From: Alistipes sp. i18-0019-D1
GTDB lineage: Bacteria > Bacteroidota > Bacteroidia > Bacteroidales > Rikenellaceae
Direction: 5' to 3'
Assembly: GCF_042852885.1 (NCBI RefSeq)
Contig: NZ_AP031424.1
Coordinates: 871,414-903,413 of the forward strand
Length of the DNA: 32,000 nucleotides
Part shown: one piece after another, positions 23,125 to 31,580 of the stretch
Layout of the letters: each line of letters begins with the position of its first letter
Position numbering within the stretch: position 1 is the first letter of the stretch
Made by a program: the position numbers and the translations under genes
The notes under the pieces: model-generated
Told to the model about the DNA's origin: nothing
Seen by the model: the letters and a program-made list of their open reading frames with translations, nothing else
Database searches by the model: none

Positions 23125-24147
23125 ATGAAGCAAGCCAAACGCACAACTATTATATACAGCCGGGAATCGCTCCTTGCCTATTTCGACGGGAAATGCCCTC
23201 CCGAACAAGAATACAGCATCCGGCTTTACCTGAAAACCCCCGCCGGACAACAGGCGGCCGCGGAATTGATGGACACGGACATTGTCTCGCAGCTCAACAG
23301 GAAAGGCGGAATCGCCGGACCGACGCCTCCGGCCGACCTGCGGGATAAAATCCTGCGGGAAATCGGGCAACGCATCCGACGCGGGCAGCGCATCCGAACG
23401 CTGTCCCGCATCGCGGCCGTCGCGCTTCCGCTCGTGTTCCTCAACCTGCTGCTGCTCGGCCGCCTCTACGACTGGGGCGGAGAGCAAGTCGCCTATCAGA
23501 AGGTCTACGTCCCCGCCGGAGAACAGCTCCGGATGCTGATGGCCGACGGCACGTCCGTACTGCTCAATTCGGAAACCACACTGGAATACCCGGCTCGCTT
23601 CGACCGTCGGAACCGAAACGTGCGCCTGCAGGGCGAAGCCTATTTCGATGTCGCCAAGGACCCGCACCGCCCCTTCCGGGTCGAAACCGGCGACCTGACG
23701 GTTCGCGTACTCGGCACCCGGTTCAACCTCAATACATCGGCTCCGGAATCTACGTTGCTTTACCTGCAGGAGGGCAGGGTCAACATCGAAGAGCATCTCT
23801 CCGGAAAACGCCGCAGCTACGACATCACCCCGGGGCAACTCTTCGAGATGAACCGCATTTCGGGCCGTTGCAGCCTGTTGCCCAACGCCGACACGGCGGC
23901 CGTCGTCGGCTGGATGCACAAACGCTATTATTTCAAGAATACCCCGCTGAAGGACCTGCTCGAGTTTCTCGAACGCAACTACGGCGTAACGTGCCGTGTG
24001 ACGGACAGCCGACTCTACAAATACACCTATACGATCAACTTCAACAACGAATCGGTGGACCAGATACTCTCCGCCATGGAACGGATCACCCCCATGCGCA
24101 TCGTCCGGGTCGCCGACTCGATCACCATCCATCCGCTCGGCAGGTAG
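23125..24147 (+). CDS. FecR-family anti-sigma factor / transmembrane sensor
   Basis: 340 aa. Cytoplasmic N-terminus, one TM helix (IAAVALPLVFLNLLLLG), a periplasmic FecR domain (EAYFDVAKDPHRPFRVETGDLTVRVLGTRFN) and a C-terminal DUF4974-like segment. Confidence 0.88.
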   Translation: MKQAKRTTIIYSRESLLAYFDGKCPPEQEYSIRLYLKTPAGQQAAAELMDTDIVSQLNRKGGIAGPTPPADLRDKILREIGQRIRRGQRIRTLSRIAAVALPLVFLNLLLLGRLYDWGGEQVAYQKVYVPAGEQLRMLMADGTSVLLNSETTLEYPARFDRRNRNVRLQGEAYFDVAKDPHRPFRVETGDLTVRVLGTRFNLNTSAPESTLLYLQEGRVNIEEHLSGKRRSYDITPGQLFEMNRISGRCSLLPNADTAAVVGWMHKRYYFKNTPLKDLLEFLERNYGVTCRVTDSRLYKYTYTINFNNESVDQILSAMERITPMRIVRVADSITIHPLGR

Positions 24148-24210
24148 CGGCAACCAAATCCGATGAACCAAAACCCGAAAACAATGACATAGATCCCCAC
24201 CCTTCCCGAC

Positions 24211-24245
24211 AAAAAAGGGTCGGGTATGCCCCACATACCCGACCC
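24211..24245 (-). terminator. Minus-strand intrinsic terminator in the anti-sigma/susC intergenic gap
   Basis: Perfect 12-bp stem GGGTCGGGTATG-N5-CATACCCGACCC (24217-24245). On the - strand it is followed at once by TTTTTT (24216-24211). There is no U tract on the + strand side. Confidence 0.7.
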
Positions 24246-24294
24246 GGTGTCAGAACCAGTACACAAATTACCCAATCCTAACAACTACAAATGT

Positions 24295-27200
24295 ATGAAA
24301 AACAAATTACAATCGGCGGAAAGTCCGGCAAAAAAATGCCCCTGCGCCCGACTTCTCTGTCTGTTTTTCCTTTTCACGCTGTTCTCGGTCCCGGAACTGA
24401 AGGCCCAGAAGGTGACCCTGCTGTTTTCCGATGCGAAAACCGAACGGATCATGGAGGAGATCACCCGGCAGACCGGCCTCCCGTTCGCTTTCAGCCGTGA
24501 AGTCGTGGATGTGAACCGGACCATCTCGATCCAACTGACCAATGCAGAGTTGAGCTCGGCCCTCACGCAGATATTCGCCGGAACCCGCATTTCGTTCCGA
24601 ATTACCGACCGGCGCATCCTCCTGGCCGACCGGGAGACCATGAAACAGAGCGGCTCATGGATCGTCACCGGCAAGGTCACCGATGAAAACGGCGCTCCGA
24701 TCGTCGGAGCCACCGTTCTGCTGCAAGGCACGACCCGGGGCACGACAACCAATGCCGAAGGCGACTACCGGATCGCGATTCTGGAAACCGATACATCGCC
24801 TACGTTGCTCTTCTCGTTCATCGGGTACGACCTGCGCAACATCCCCGTATCGTCCACCCGGTCGATTGTCAACGTCACAATGAAAAGTTCCTCGACCGCC
24901 ATCCAGAATGTGGTGGTGACGGCCCTCGGCCTGACCCGCGAGGAAAAATCGCTGGGTTACGCCGTCTCGAAGGTCAACAACGAATCGCTGAACACGACCG
25001 TTTCGAGCAACTGGCTCAACTCGATGGCCGGCAAGGTCGCCGGGCTCAATCTCGAAGGAACTTCGTCCGGTCCGGGCGGTTCGATCCGCGTCACGCTGCG
25101 CGGCGAAGGCTCGCTGTCGCACGATAAGAACACGGCGCTCTTCGTGGTCGACGGCATCCCCATCAACAGCGAGATGACCGCCAGCAGCTCGGCTTCGCAG
25201 ACCTTCGACGCCGACGCACCGATCGACTACGGCAACGGGGCGAGCGACCTCAACCCCGAGGACATCGAATCGGTATCCGTTCTGAAAGGCCCCGCAGCCA
25301 CGGCCCTTTACGGTTCGCGAGCGGCCAACGGCGCCATTATCATCACCACCAAATCGGGACGCACAGGCAAGGGCATCGGCGTCACGTTCAATTCCTCGTT
25401 CACTTTCGAGCGCGCCGGCTACTGGCCCGACTTTCAGACCGAATACGGCGCCGGCAACGGCAACCTGACCAACATCGACCAGCAGCGCTACTACAACTAC
25501 TGGAGCATAAAGGCCGAAGATGCCGAAGACGGAATCGCCGCCCCCGACCGCATCTATTCGCGCATGGGGTTCGGTCCCAAATTCGAAGGACAGATGTTCT
25601 ACCAGTACGAATCGCGCGACTGGGAGACGGGGAAATACAAAAAGCTGCCCTGGAAATACAACGACAACTGGTACAAGGGGCTTTTCCGGACAGGCATTAC
25701 CTACAACAACAGCATCTCGGTCGAAGGCAGCAACGGCAAGGGGAATTCAGTGCGTCTCTCGCTGCGGGACTCTCGCAACGACTGGATCATCCCCAACACC
25801 GGCTACAAGAGCCAAAACATCAGTTTCTCGCTGGTCCAGAAACTAAACCGGTTCATCACCTTCAAGGGCAAAGTCACCTACTACCGGAAGAACAGCGATA
25901 ACCTCCCCATGTCGGGCTACAATCCCGCGGCTCCACTCTACACGCTGCTGTGGAACCCCACGGTGATCGGCGTCGACTCCTATGCCCGCGAGTATGACAA
26001 CGACCGCATCCGGCAGATGTACCAGGCAGGCACGGAATACCTGCTGATCAACTCCTCCTACGCCGACAACGTCTATATGCAGCTCTACCAGCAACTCAAT
26101 ACGCTCGACCGCGACCGCGTCTACGGCAACGTAGCCGTGACGCTCGACCTGCACAAGAATCTGACACTGGACCTGCGCTCGGGCGTCGATTTCTACAACG
26201 ACTTCCGCACCCAGCAGAAGCCTTGGTACTCATCGAGCTACCAATACGGGTACTACAAGGAGCAGACCGTACGCAATTTCGAAATGAACAACGACTTCCT
26301 GCTCACTTACAAGAAGCGCTTCGGGGATTTCGACCTGACGGCTTCATTTGGCGGCAACAACATGGTCTACAACTACCAGAACGTCCAGCTTACGGCCAAG
26401 GACGGCCTGCAGGAGTACAACATCTTCAAGATCAGCAACTCGAAATCCATCCCATACAGCTACGCGCGGCGCAGCAACAAGTCGGTCAACAGTTTCTACG
26501 GACTGATCAACCTCTCGTGGAAGGATATGCTCTTCCTCGACATCACCGGCCGCAACGACTGGTCGAGTGCCCTTGCCCGCGGCAACAACTCCTATTTCTA
26601 CCCCTCGGTAAGCGCCAGCATCCTGATCGACAAGGTATTCAACTTCAGCGACAAGGCCCCGTGGATCAACCTGCTCAAGGTGCGCGGTTCGTGGGCCAAC
26701 GTAGGCAACGACACCTCGCCCTACAGCCTCAATCATGTTTATTCGACCAGCAGCTTCGCCAGCGCCTACTACCTTTCGGGTACGATCCAGAACCCAGACA
26801 TCAAACCCGAGAACGTCGAGAGCTACGAAGTGGGACTCGAAGCGCGGCTGTTCAACAACCTTTGGTCGTTCGACGCCACCTACTACAACTCGCGCACGAC
26901 CGACCAAATCATCGGCGTCCCCGTCGACCAGACCACCGGCGCCACAAGCAAGTTGATCAACGCCGGCGAGGTCCGTAATCAAGGCGTGGAACTCTCCACA
27001 CGCATCGTCCCCGTCCGGACCGAGCACACCCGCTGGGAAATCAACCTCAACTGGAGCAAGAACTGGAACAAACTCGTCAGCCTCGCCCCGGGTGTGGAGG
27101 TATGGCAGCTGAATTCGGGCATGAACATCAGCGGCAACATCTACATCAACGCCTACCCGGGCAAAGAACTGGGACGCCTTTACGGCCGCGGGTACAAACG

Positions 27201-27882
27201 CGCCCCGGAAGGCGCCTTCTACACCGACGCCCAGGGCCGCAACATCAGCTGCGCCGGACAGGTCATCGTCGACCAGGCCAGCGGCGCTCCGGTGCTGACC
27301 GGCACGGAAGACCCGCTGCTCGACCTGGGCAGCATCTATCCCGACTGGAAGGCGGGCATGACCCATACCTTTTCATACAGGAACCTGAAGATGGCCCTCA
27401 CCTTCACCGGACAATGGGGCGGCAATGCCTATTCGGTCACCCACTTCGCGCTGGCCTACCAGGGCAAACTGAAGAACTCGCTACCGGGACGCTATGCAGG
27501 CCTGGTTCACGAGGGCGTGAACCTCAATACCGACGGCACTTACCAGAAGAACGCCACCATCACACGGGACATCGCCGACTACTACTCGACTTATGTCTAC
27601 GCCCGCGAGAACGCCGAGAACAACACCTTCGACACCTCCTTCCTCAAACTCAAGGAGCTTCGCATCGAATACGCCCTGCCGTCGAAAATCTGCCGGAAAA
27701 CGAAATTCATCCAGGGGGCTTCGCTGGCCTTCTACGCCACCAACCTCTTCTGCTGGACCAATTTCCCGATCTACGATCCGGAAGCCGGCTACATGGTGGG
27801 TTCCTCCATCAGCCGGGGTATTGAAGCCGGAGCCTATCCCCTGACGCGCACCTACGGGTTCAACCTCAAACTGAACTTCTAA
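24295..27882 (+). CDS. SusC/RagA-family TonB-dependent outer-membrane transducer with N-terminal STN signalling domain
   Basis: Start set at MKNKLQSAE... (signal peptide ...PELKA/QK); the ORF track start at 24226 lies inside the hairpin. STN-like segment (VTLLFSDAKTERIMEEITRQTGLPFAF...), CarbopepD_reg-like (VTGKVTDENGAPIVGATVLLQGT), plug (VLKGPAATALYGSRAANGAIIITTK), and a barrel ending ...NLKLNF. Confidence 0.93.
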   Translation: MKNKLQSAESPAKKCPCARLLCLFFLFTLFSVPELKAQKVTLLFSDAKTERIMEEITRQTGLPFAFSREVVDVNRTISIQLTNAELSSALTQIFAGTRISFRITDRRILLADRETMKQSGSWIVTGKVTDENGAPIVGATVLLQGTTRGTTTNAEGDYRIAILETDTSPTLLFSFIGYDLRNIPVSSTRSIVNVTMKSSSTAIQNVVVTALGLTREEKSLGYAVSKVNNESLNTTVSSNWLNSMAGKVAGLNLEGTSSGPGGSIRVTLRGEGSLSHDKNTALFVVDGIPINSEMTASSSASQTFDADAPIDYGNGASDLNPEDIESVSVLKGPAATALYGSRAANGAIIITTKSGRTGKGIGVTFNSSFTFERAGYWPDFQTEYGAGNGNLTNIDQQRYYNYWSIKAEDAEDGIAAPDRIYSRMGFGPKFEGQMFYQYESRDWETGKYKKLPWKYNDNWYKGLFRTGITYNNSISVEGSNGKGNSVRLSLRDSRNDWIIPNTGYKSQNISFSLVQKLNRFITFKGKVTYYRKNSDNLPMSGYNPAAPLYTLLWNPTVIGVDSYAREYDNDRIRQMYQAGTEYLLINSSYADNVYMQLYQQLNTLDRDRVYGNVAVTLDLHKNLTLDLRSGVDFYNDFRTQQKPWYSSSYQYGYYKEQTVRNFEMNNDFLLTYKKRFGDFDLTASFGGNNMVYNYQNVQLTAKDGLQEYNIFKISNSKSIPYSYARRSNKSVNSFYGLINLSWKDMLFLDITGRNDWSSALARGNNSYFYPSVSASILIDKVFNFSDKAPWINLLKVRGSWANVGNDTSPYSLNHVYSTSSFASAYYLSGTIQNPDIKPENVESYEVGLEARLFNNLWSFDATYYNSRTTDQIIGVPVDQTTGATSKLINAGEVRNQGVELSTRIVPVRTEHTRWEINLNWSKNWNKLVSLAPGVEVWQLNSGMNISGNIYINAYPGKELGRLYGRGYKRAPEGAFYTDAQGRNISCAGQVIVDQASGAPVLTGTEDPLLDLGSIYPDWKAGMTHTFSYRNLKMALTFTGQWGGNAYSVTHFALAYQGKLKNSLPGRYAGLVHEGVNLNTDGTYQKNATITRDIADYYSTYVYARENAENNTFDTSFLKLKELRIEYALPSKICRKTKFIQGASLAFYATNLFCWTNFPIYDPEAGYMVGSSISRGIEAGAYPLTRTYGFNLKLNF

Positions 27883-27894
27883 CTTCGAGAAACC

Positions 27895-29376
27895 ATGAAA
27901 AGACTCAAATACCTGGCCGTTGTCGCGTGTGCCGCTCTGGCCGCGGGCTGCGAACACATGTTCGACGAATACAACAGCGACCCCAACAATACAGAGATGT
28001 GGCAAATCCACCCCGAAAGCATGATGGAGCAGTTGTTATTTTCGGCCGCAGACGAACTGATGTACGGAACCTGGCAGCTCAACGGCGAACTGATGCAGTA
28101 CACCGTCAATCTCCAGTCGGAAAACATCCACCGCTATATCATTCGCGACAGTTACGCCAACACCCCCTGGAACTACCTGTCGAAATGGGCCGCCAATGCC
28201 GACCACATGCGCCGGCTGGCCATCCTCAAGGAGGAACCCAACTGCCAGGCGATCGCGCTGACCATGCGGGCGCTGATGGTCTCCAACCAGACCGACCTGT
28301 TCGGCAGCATCCCCTTCAGCGAGGCCTACAAGGGACGCGATACCGTCGCCATCACCCAGCCCAGATACGACACCCAGCAGGAGGTCTATACCCGGCTGCT
28401 GCAGGACCTGGAGCTGGCCAACTCGCTCTACGACGTTAAAAAGCCGTTGCAAACCCCGACCAAAGACCTGATCTATGGAGGCGACGTGAGCAAGTGGCGG
28501 AAATTCACCAACTCGCTCCACCTGCGCCTGCTGATGCGGTTGAGCAACCGCAACCAGGAGATGAACGTCACGCAGCGGATCCAGAAGATCGTGAACGACC
28601 CAACGACCTATCCGGTCTTCACAAGCAACGCCGATAACGCCATTCTGACCTTCACCAACATCTCGCCGAACGTCAACCGTTTCGGCAAATACACCGAGAA
28701 GAGCTTCTCCTCGAACACCCGCGTCATGGCCGAATACATCATCAGACTGATGGACGGTCTGGGCGACCCGCGCCTGGTCATCTACGCCCGGCAGCAGAAC
28801 AACGAGTGGAAAGGACTCCCAAGCGGCTATCCCACTACCGAGACGATCAATGACGGCAGTGCCACGCTGAACAAGGAGGTGCTGGGCGATTACACCTCCC
28901 CGTCGACCTACATGCGCTACGACGAGGTGCTGTTCATCCTCGCTGAAGCGACCTATCGCGGCATGCTCCGGGGCGGCGAGATCGAGGCCCAGAAATACTA
29001 CGAACAGGCGATTCTCGCCTCGATCGACTTCTGGGACAGCGTCAACCCCTCGTCGGTGCGTGTAACGCAGGCGCAAAAGGATCAGTATATCCAGAAGACG
29101 ACCTACAACAACACCCTGGAGCAGATCATGACCCAGAAATACATCGCACAGTTCTGGTGCGGCTACGAGGCCTGGGCCGACTACCGGCGAACAGGCTATC
29201 CGGTGTTGATCATCGGTACGGCCACCGACAACAACGGCATTCTCCCCACGCGGCTGATGTACCCCTCGCGGGCACAGCAGACCAACAGCGTCCACTACGA
29301 GGAGGCGGTCCGCGAGATGGGCGGCGATAACATGCGCATTCCCGTATGGTGGAGCCAGAAAGCAACCAGCAAATAG
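27895..29376 (+). CDS. SusD/RagB-family nutrient-binding outer-membrane lipoprotein
   Basis: 493 aa. Lipobox LAAGC. Starts 12 nt after the SusC stop. Helical TPR-like composition and conserved motifs WCGYEAWADYRRTGYP and PTRLMYP. Confidence 0.9.
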   Translation: MKRLKYLAVVACAALAAGCEHMFDEYNSDPNNTEMWQIHPESMMEQLLFSAADELMYGTWQLNGELMQYTVNLQSENIHRYIIRDSYANTPWNYLSKWAANADHMRRLAILKEEPNCQAIALTMRALMVSNQTDLFGSIPFSEAYKGRDTVAITQPRYDTQQEVYTRLLQDLELANSLYDVKKPLQTPTKDLIYGGDVSKWRKFTNSLHLRLLMRLSNRNQEMNVTQRIQKIVNDPTTYPVFTSNADNAILTFTNISPNVNRFGKYTEKSFSSNTRVMAEYIIRLMDGLGDPRLVIYARQQNNEWKGLPSGYPTTETINDGSATLNKEVLGDYTSPSTYMRYDEVLFILAEATYRGMLRGGEIEAQKYYEQAILASIDFWDSVNPSSVRVTQAQKDQYIQKTTYNNTLEQIMTQKYIAQFWCGYEAWADYRRTGYPVLIIGTATDNNGILPTRLMYPSRAQQTNSVHYEEAVREMGGDNMRIPVWWSQKATSK

Positions 29377-29401
29377 TCATTCACCGTAACCCAACGATTT
29401 C

Positions 29402-31489
29402 ATGAAAACGACAAAATACAATCTCCGGAGCCTGCGCAGCCTTGCCGCCTGCATATTCGTATGCGCGGGCGCCCTGGGCGTCTCCTGCCAGGAGGACGAC
29501 ACGCATTCGGAAGATCCTTACATCCGCTTCACCGAGGAGATCACATCCCTCTCCTACGACAAATCCGGCGGAAAACAGGAGATCGAAATGTACACCAACA
29601 TGGGAAACTGGACCGTCGAAACCTCGTTCGCCGAGGACGCCGAATGGCTCGACATCTGGCCCCGCGAAGGACACGACAGCGGCCGCTTCACCGTCACCGT
29701 CGGCAAGAACGAGGAGGCTTACACCCATTTCGGGACGGTCAATGTGGTCATCGGCGGCAAATCCGTCAAATCGTTCACCGTGCGCCAGCTCTCCAGCGAC
29801 GTGGAGTTCCGGCTGGATATGGGCGGCAACAACATGACCGCCTCGGCGCAAGGGGTGGATTTCACCATCGGACTGATTACCAATGTAGGCTGGAAAGCCG
29901 AAGCGCTGGGCGATGCCGCAGCATGGATCACCGTCGGAGAAGCGACCGAAAACACGCAGGTCCTCACCGTCCGCCGGAACGACGGGGACGAGCGCTCCGG
30001 ACAAGTGCGGTTCTACGCCCTCGGAACCGGGCTGGAGGATTTTCAGGCCACCGTCAACATCAAGCAGTTCGACCAGGCGCACGACCCCTACAACGGTACG
30101 CAGCTGACCGTTGCGGAACTGATGGGCAAACTCACCGACGGCATCGGCCGCATCACGGAGAACTGCTGGGTGGAAGCCACCGTCGTCAGTGACCGGAAAC
30201 TGCTTAATTTCGACAGTAACCAGCTGGTCGTGCAGGACGACAGCGGCCGCGGCATGCTCCTCGAATTCGCCAACGCGAAGGACAACACCTACCAGCTCAA
30301 CGACAAACTCAAGATCCACCTCTACGAGGCCGAATTCGTCCGCGATCCCGTCACGCTCGGATCAAAACTGGCAGCCTTCACTCCAAACTCGGTCTTCGAG
30401 CAGTCGGAAGGCGCGCCCGTCACCCCCGTCGAGACCGGCATCGACCAACTCGACCGGTATGAGAATACGCTGGTGAAACTGCCCGAAGTCGAGTTCGCCG
30501 TACCGCTGGGAACCTATTACAACAGCCAGGAAGAGGGATATGCCATCACCACCGTACACGCCGCGTCGGCCCCCTACAACGACGGCTTCGCCCGCTACGG
30601 ACACATCCTGCGCGACCGCGGGGGCAACACGGTCAAACTCTATACGCTCAGCTACTTCCTCCAGCGTTATGCCCAGATCATCCCCCAGGGCAGCGGCTCG
30701 GTGAGCGGCATCGTGCTGAAATATACGAAGAACGGAGTCACGGAGAACACGCTCCGAATGCGAAAACTCGACGACATTGCGGTATCTGCCGACGCCGCGA
30801 CACGCGTGAGCAATACGCTGGTGCAGTTCGGGCCGTTCGACTGGAACGCCCTCCCGCTCGAAACCGTCACACCCGTTGTCGGCAGCGGCGAGGTCAAATC
30901 GACGGCTTACCGGGGCGTACAGAGCGCCGGAGCGCTGAACTACGGCTGGAGCCACACCCGCAAAGACACTCCGGCGGCAATTACCATAACGCCGAACGGC
31001 AAGCAGACTTCCGATCCCGCCGTCACCCAGCAGATGATGTATCCCTACCTCTATTCCAGCAATTTCTGGAACTTCACCGGATCGACCATGAATCGCTCCG
31101 GAAGCGACGATCCCGATTACAAGGGCGAGGCCTGGGTATTCAATATTACCGATTTCCGGCCTTCGGGCGGCGACCTTATGCTGGTCTTCACAACGGCAAG
31201 CAGTTGGGGAGGCCCGCTCAAAATGCACATCGAATGGGCCGATGAGGAGAACGCCGCGCTCGACGAATACCACGCAATCGCCGACTATTTCAGTCCGATG
31301 TGGAACGAAGGCTCCTCTTACCATCTCAAGCAGTTCAGCGTGGCACTGCCCGACGAACTGAAAACGAAGTCGAAATTCACGATCCGCTTCCGCAACATGG
31401 CGAACCTCCGGGCGCCCAACGACGGTGGCGCACTCTCCTCGGGCGGATACTCGGGAATCGGGTTCTGGGCCATCACGGAGCGGAAATAA
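29402..31489 (+). CDS. Surface lipoprotein with two BACON-like Ig repeats, an OB-like (DUF5689-like) module and a C-terminal beta-sandwich; function unknown
   Basis: 695 aa. Signal ...GALGVSC followed by acidic QEDD (surface-export-type signal). Two ~90-aa repeats share W-x-[VA]-E...W[IL]...[FL]TV...R.G.V...V.Q. The central segment VAELMGK...CWVEATVVSD...LVVQDDSGRGMLLEF...LKIHLYEAEF is OB-like. Domain names are from recall, not a search. Confidence 0.7.
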   Translation: MKTTKYNLRSLRSLAACIFVCAGALGVSCQEDDTHSEDPYIRFTEEITSLSYDKSGGKQEIEMYTNMGNWTVETSFAEDAEWLDIWPREGHDSGRFTVTVGKNEEAYTHFGTVNVVIGGKSVKSFTVRQLSSDVEFRLDMGGNNMTASAQGVDFTIGLITNVGWKAEALGDAAAWITVGEATENTQVLTVRRNDGDERSGQVRFYALGTGLEDFQATVNIKQFDQAHDPYNGTQLTVAELMGKLTDGIGRITENCWVEATVVSDRKLLNFDSNQLVVQDDSGRGMLLEFANAKDNTYQLNDKLKIHLYEAEFVRDPVTLGSKLAAFTPNSVFEQSEGAPVTPVETGIDQLDRYENTLVKLPEVEFAVPLGTYYNSQEEGYAITTVHAASAPYNDGFARYGHILRDRGGNTVKLYTLSYFLQRYAQIIPQGSGSVSGIVLKYTKNGVTENTLRMRKLDDIAVSADAATRVSNTLVQFGPFDWNALPLETVTPVVGSGEVKSTAYRGVQSAGALNYGWSHTRKDTPAAITITPNGKQTSDPAVTQQMMYPYLYSSNFWNFTGSTMNRSGSDDPDYKGEAWVFNITDFRPSGGDLMLVFTTASSWGGPLKMHIEWADEENAALDEYHAIADYFSPMWNEGSSYHLKQFSVALPDELKTKSKFTIRFRNMANLRAPNDGGALSSGGYSGIGFWAITERK

Positions 31490-31502
31490 TCCATTGCCGG
31501 TC

Positions 31503-31533
31503 CCGGAGGGAAACCACCCCGGTTTTTCTCCGG
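31503..31533 (+). other. Intergenic 13-bp stem-loop within the PUL
   Basis: CCGGAGGGAAACC-acccc-GGTTTTTCTCCGG (two G:U pairs), 14 nt after the stop at 31489. No free U tract, so this is more likely an mRNA processing/stability element than a terminator. Confidence 0.45.
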
Positions 31534-31580
31534 TATCCGGCAGGCAGGCATCAAATTACGAACCTTCAAAGCAATACGAA

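Noticed and set aside
18712-31324. Other long shadow ORFs: 18712..19632(-), 20826..21806(+), 22407..23045(-), 22966..24234(-), 26344..27366(-), 28036..29295(-), 29381..30319(-), 30362..31324(-).
   Set aside because: Each is fully nested antisense or out of frame within a well-supported gene (GNAT, lipoprotein, sigma, FecR, SusC, SusD, BACON lipoprotein). All show the Arg/Gly/Val/Asp-rich composition typical of non-coding frames in GC-rich DNA.
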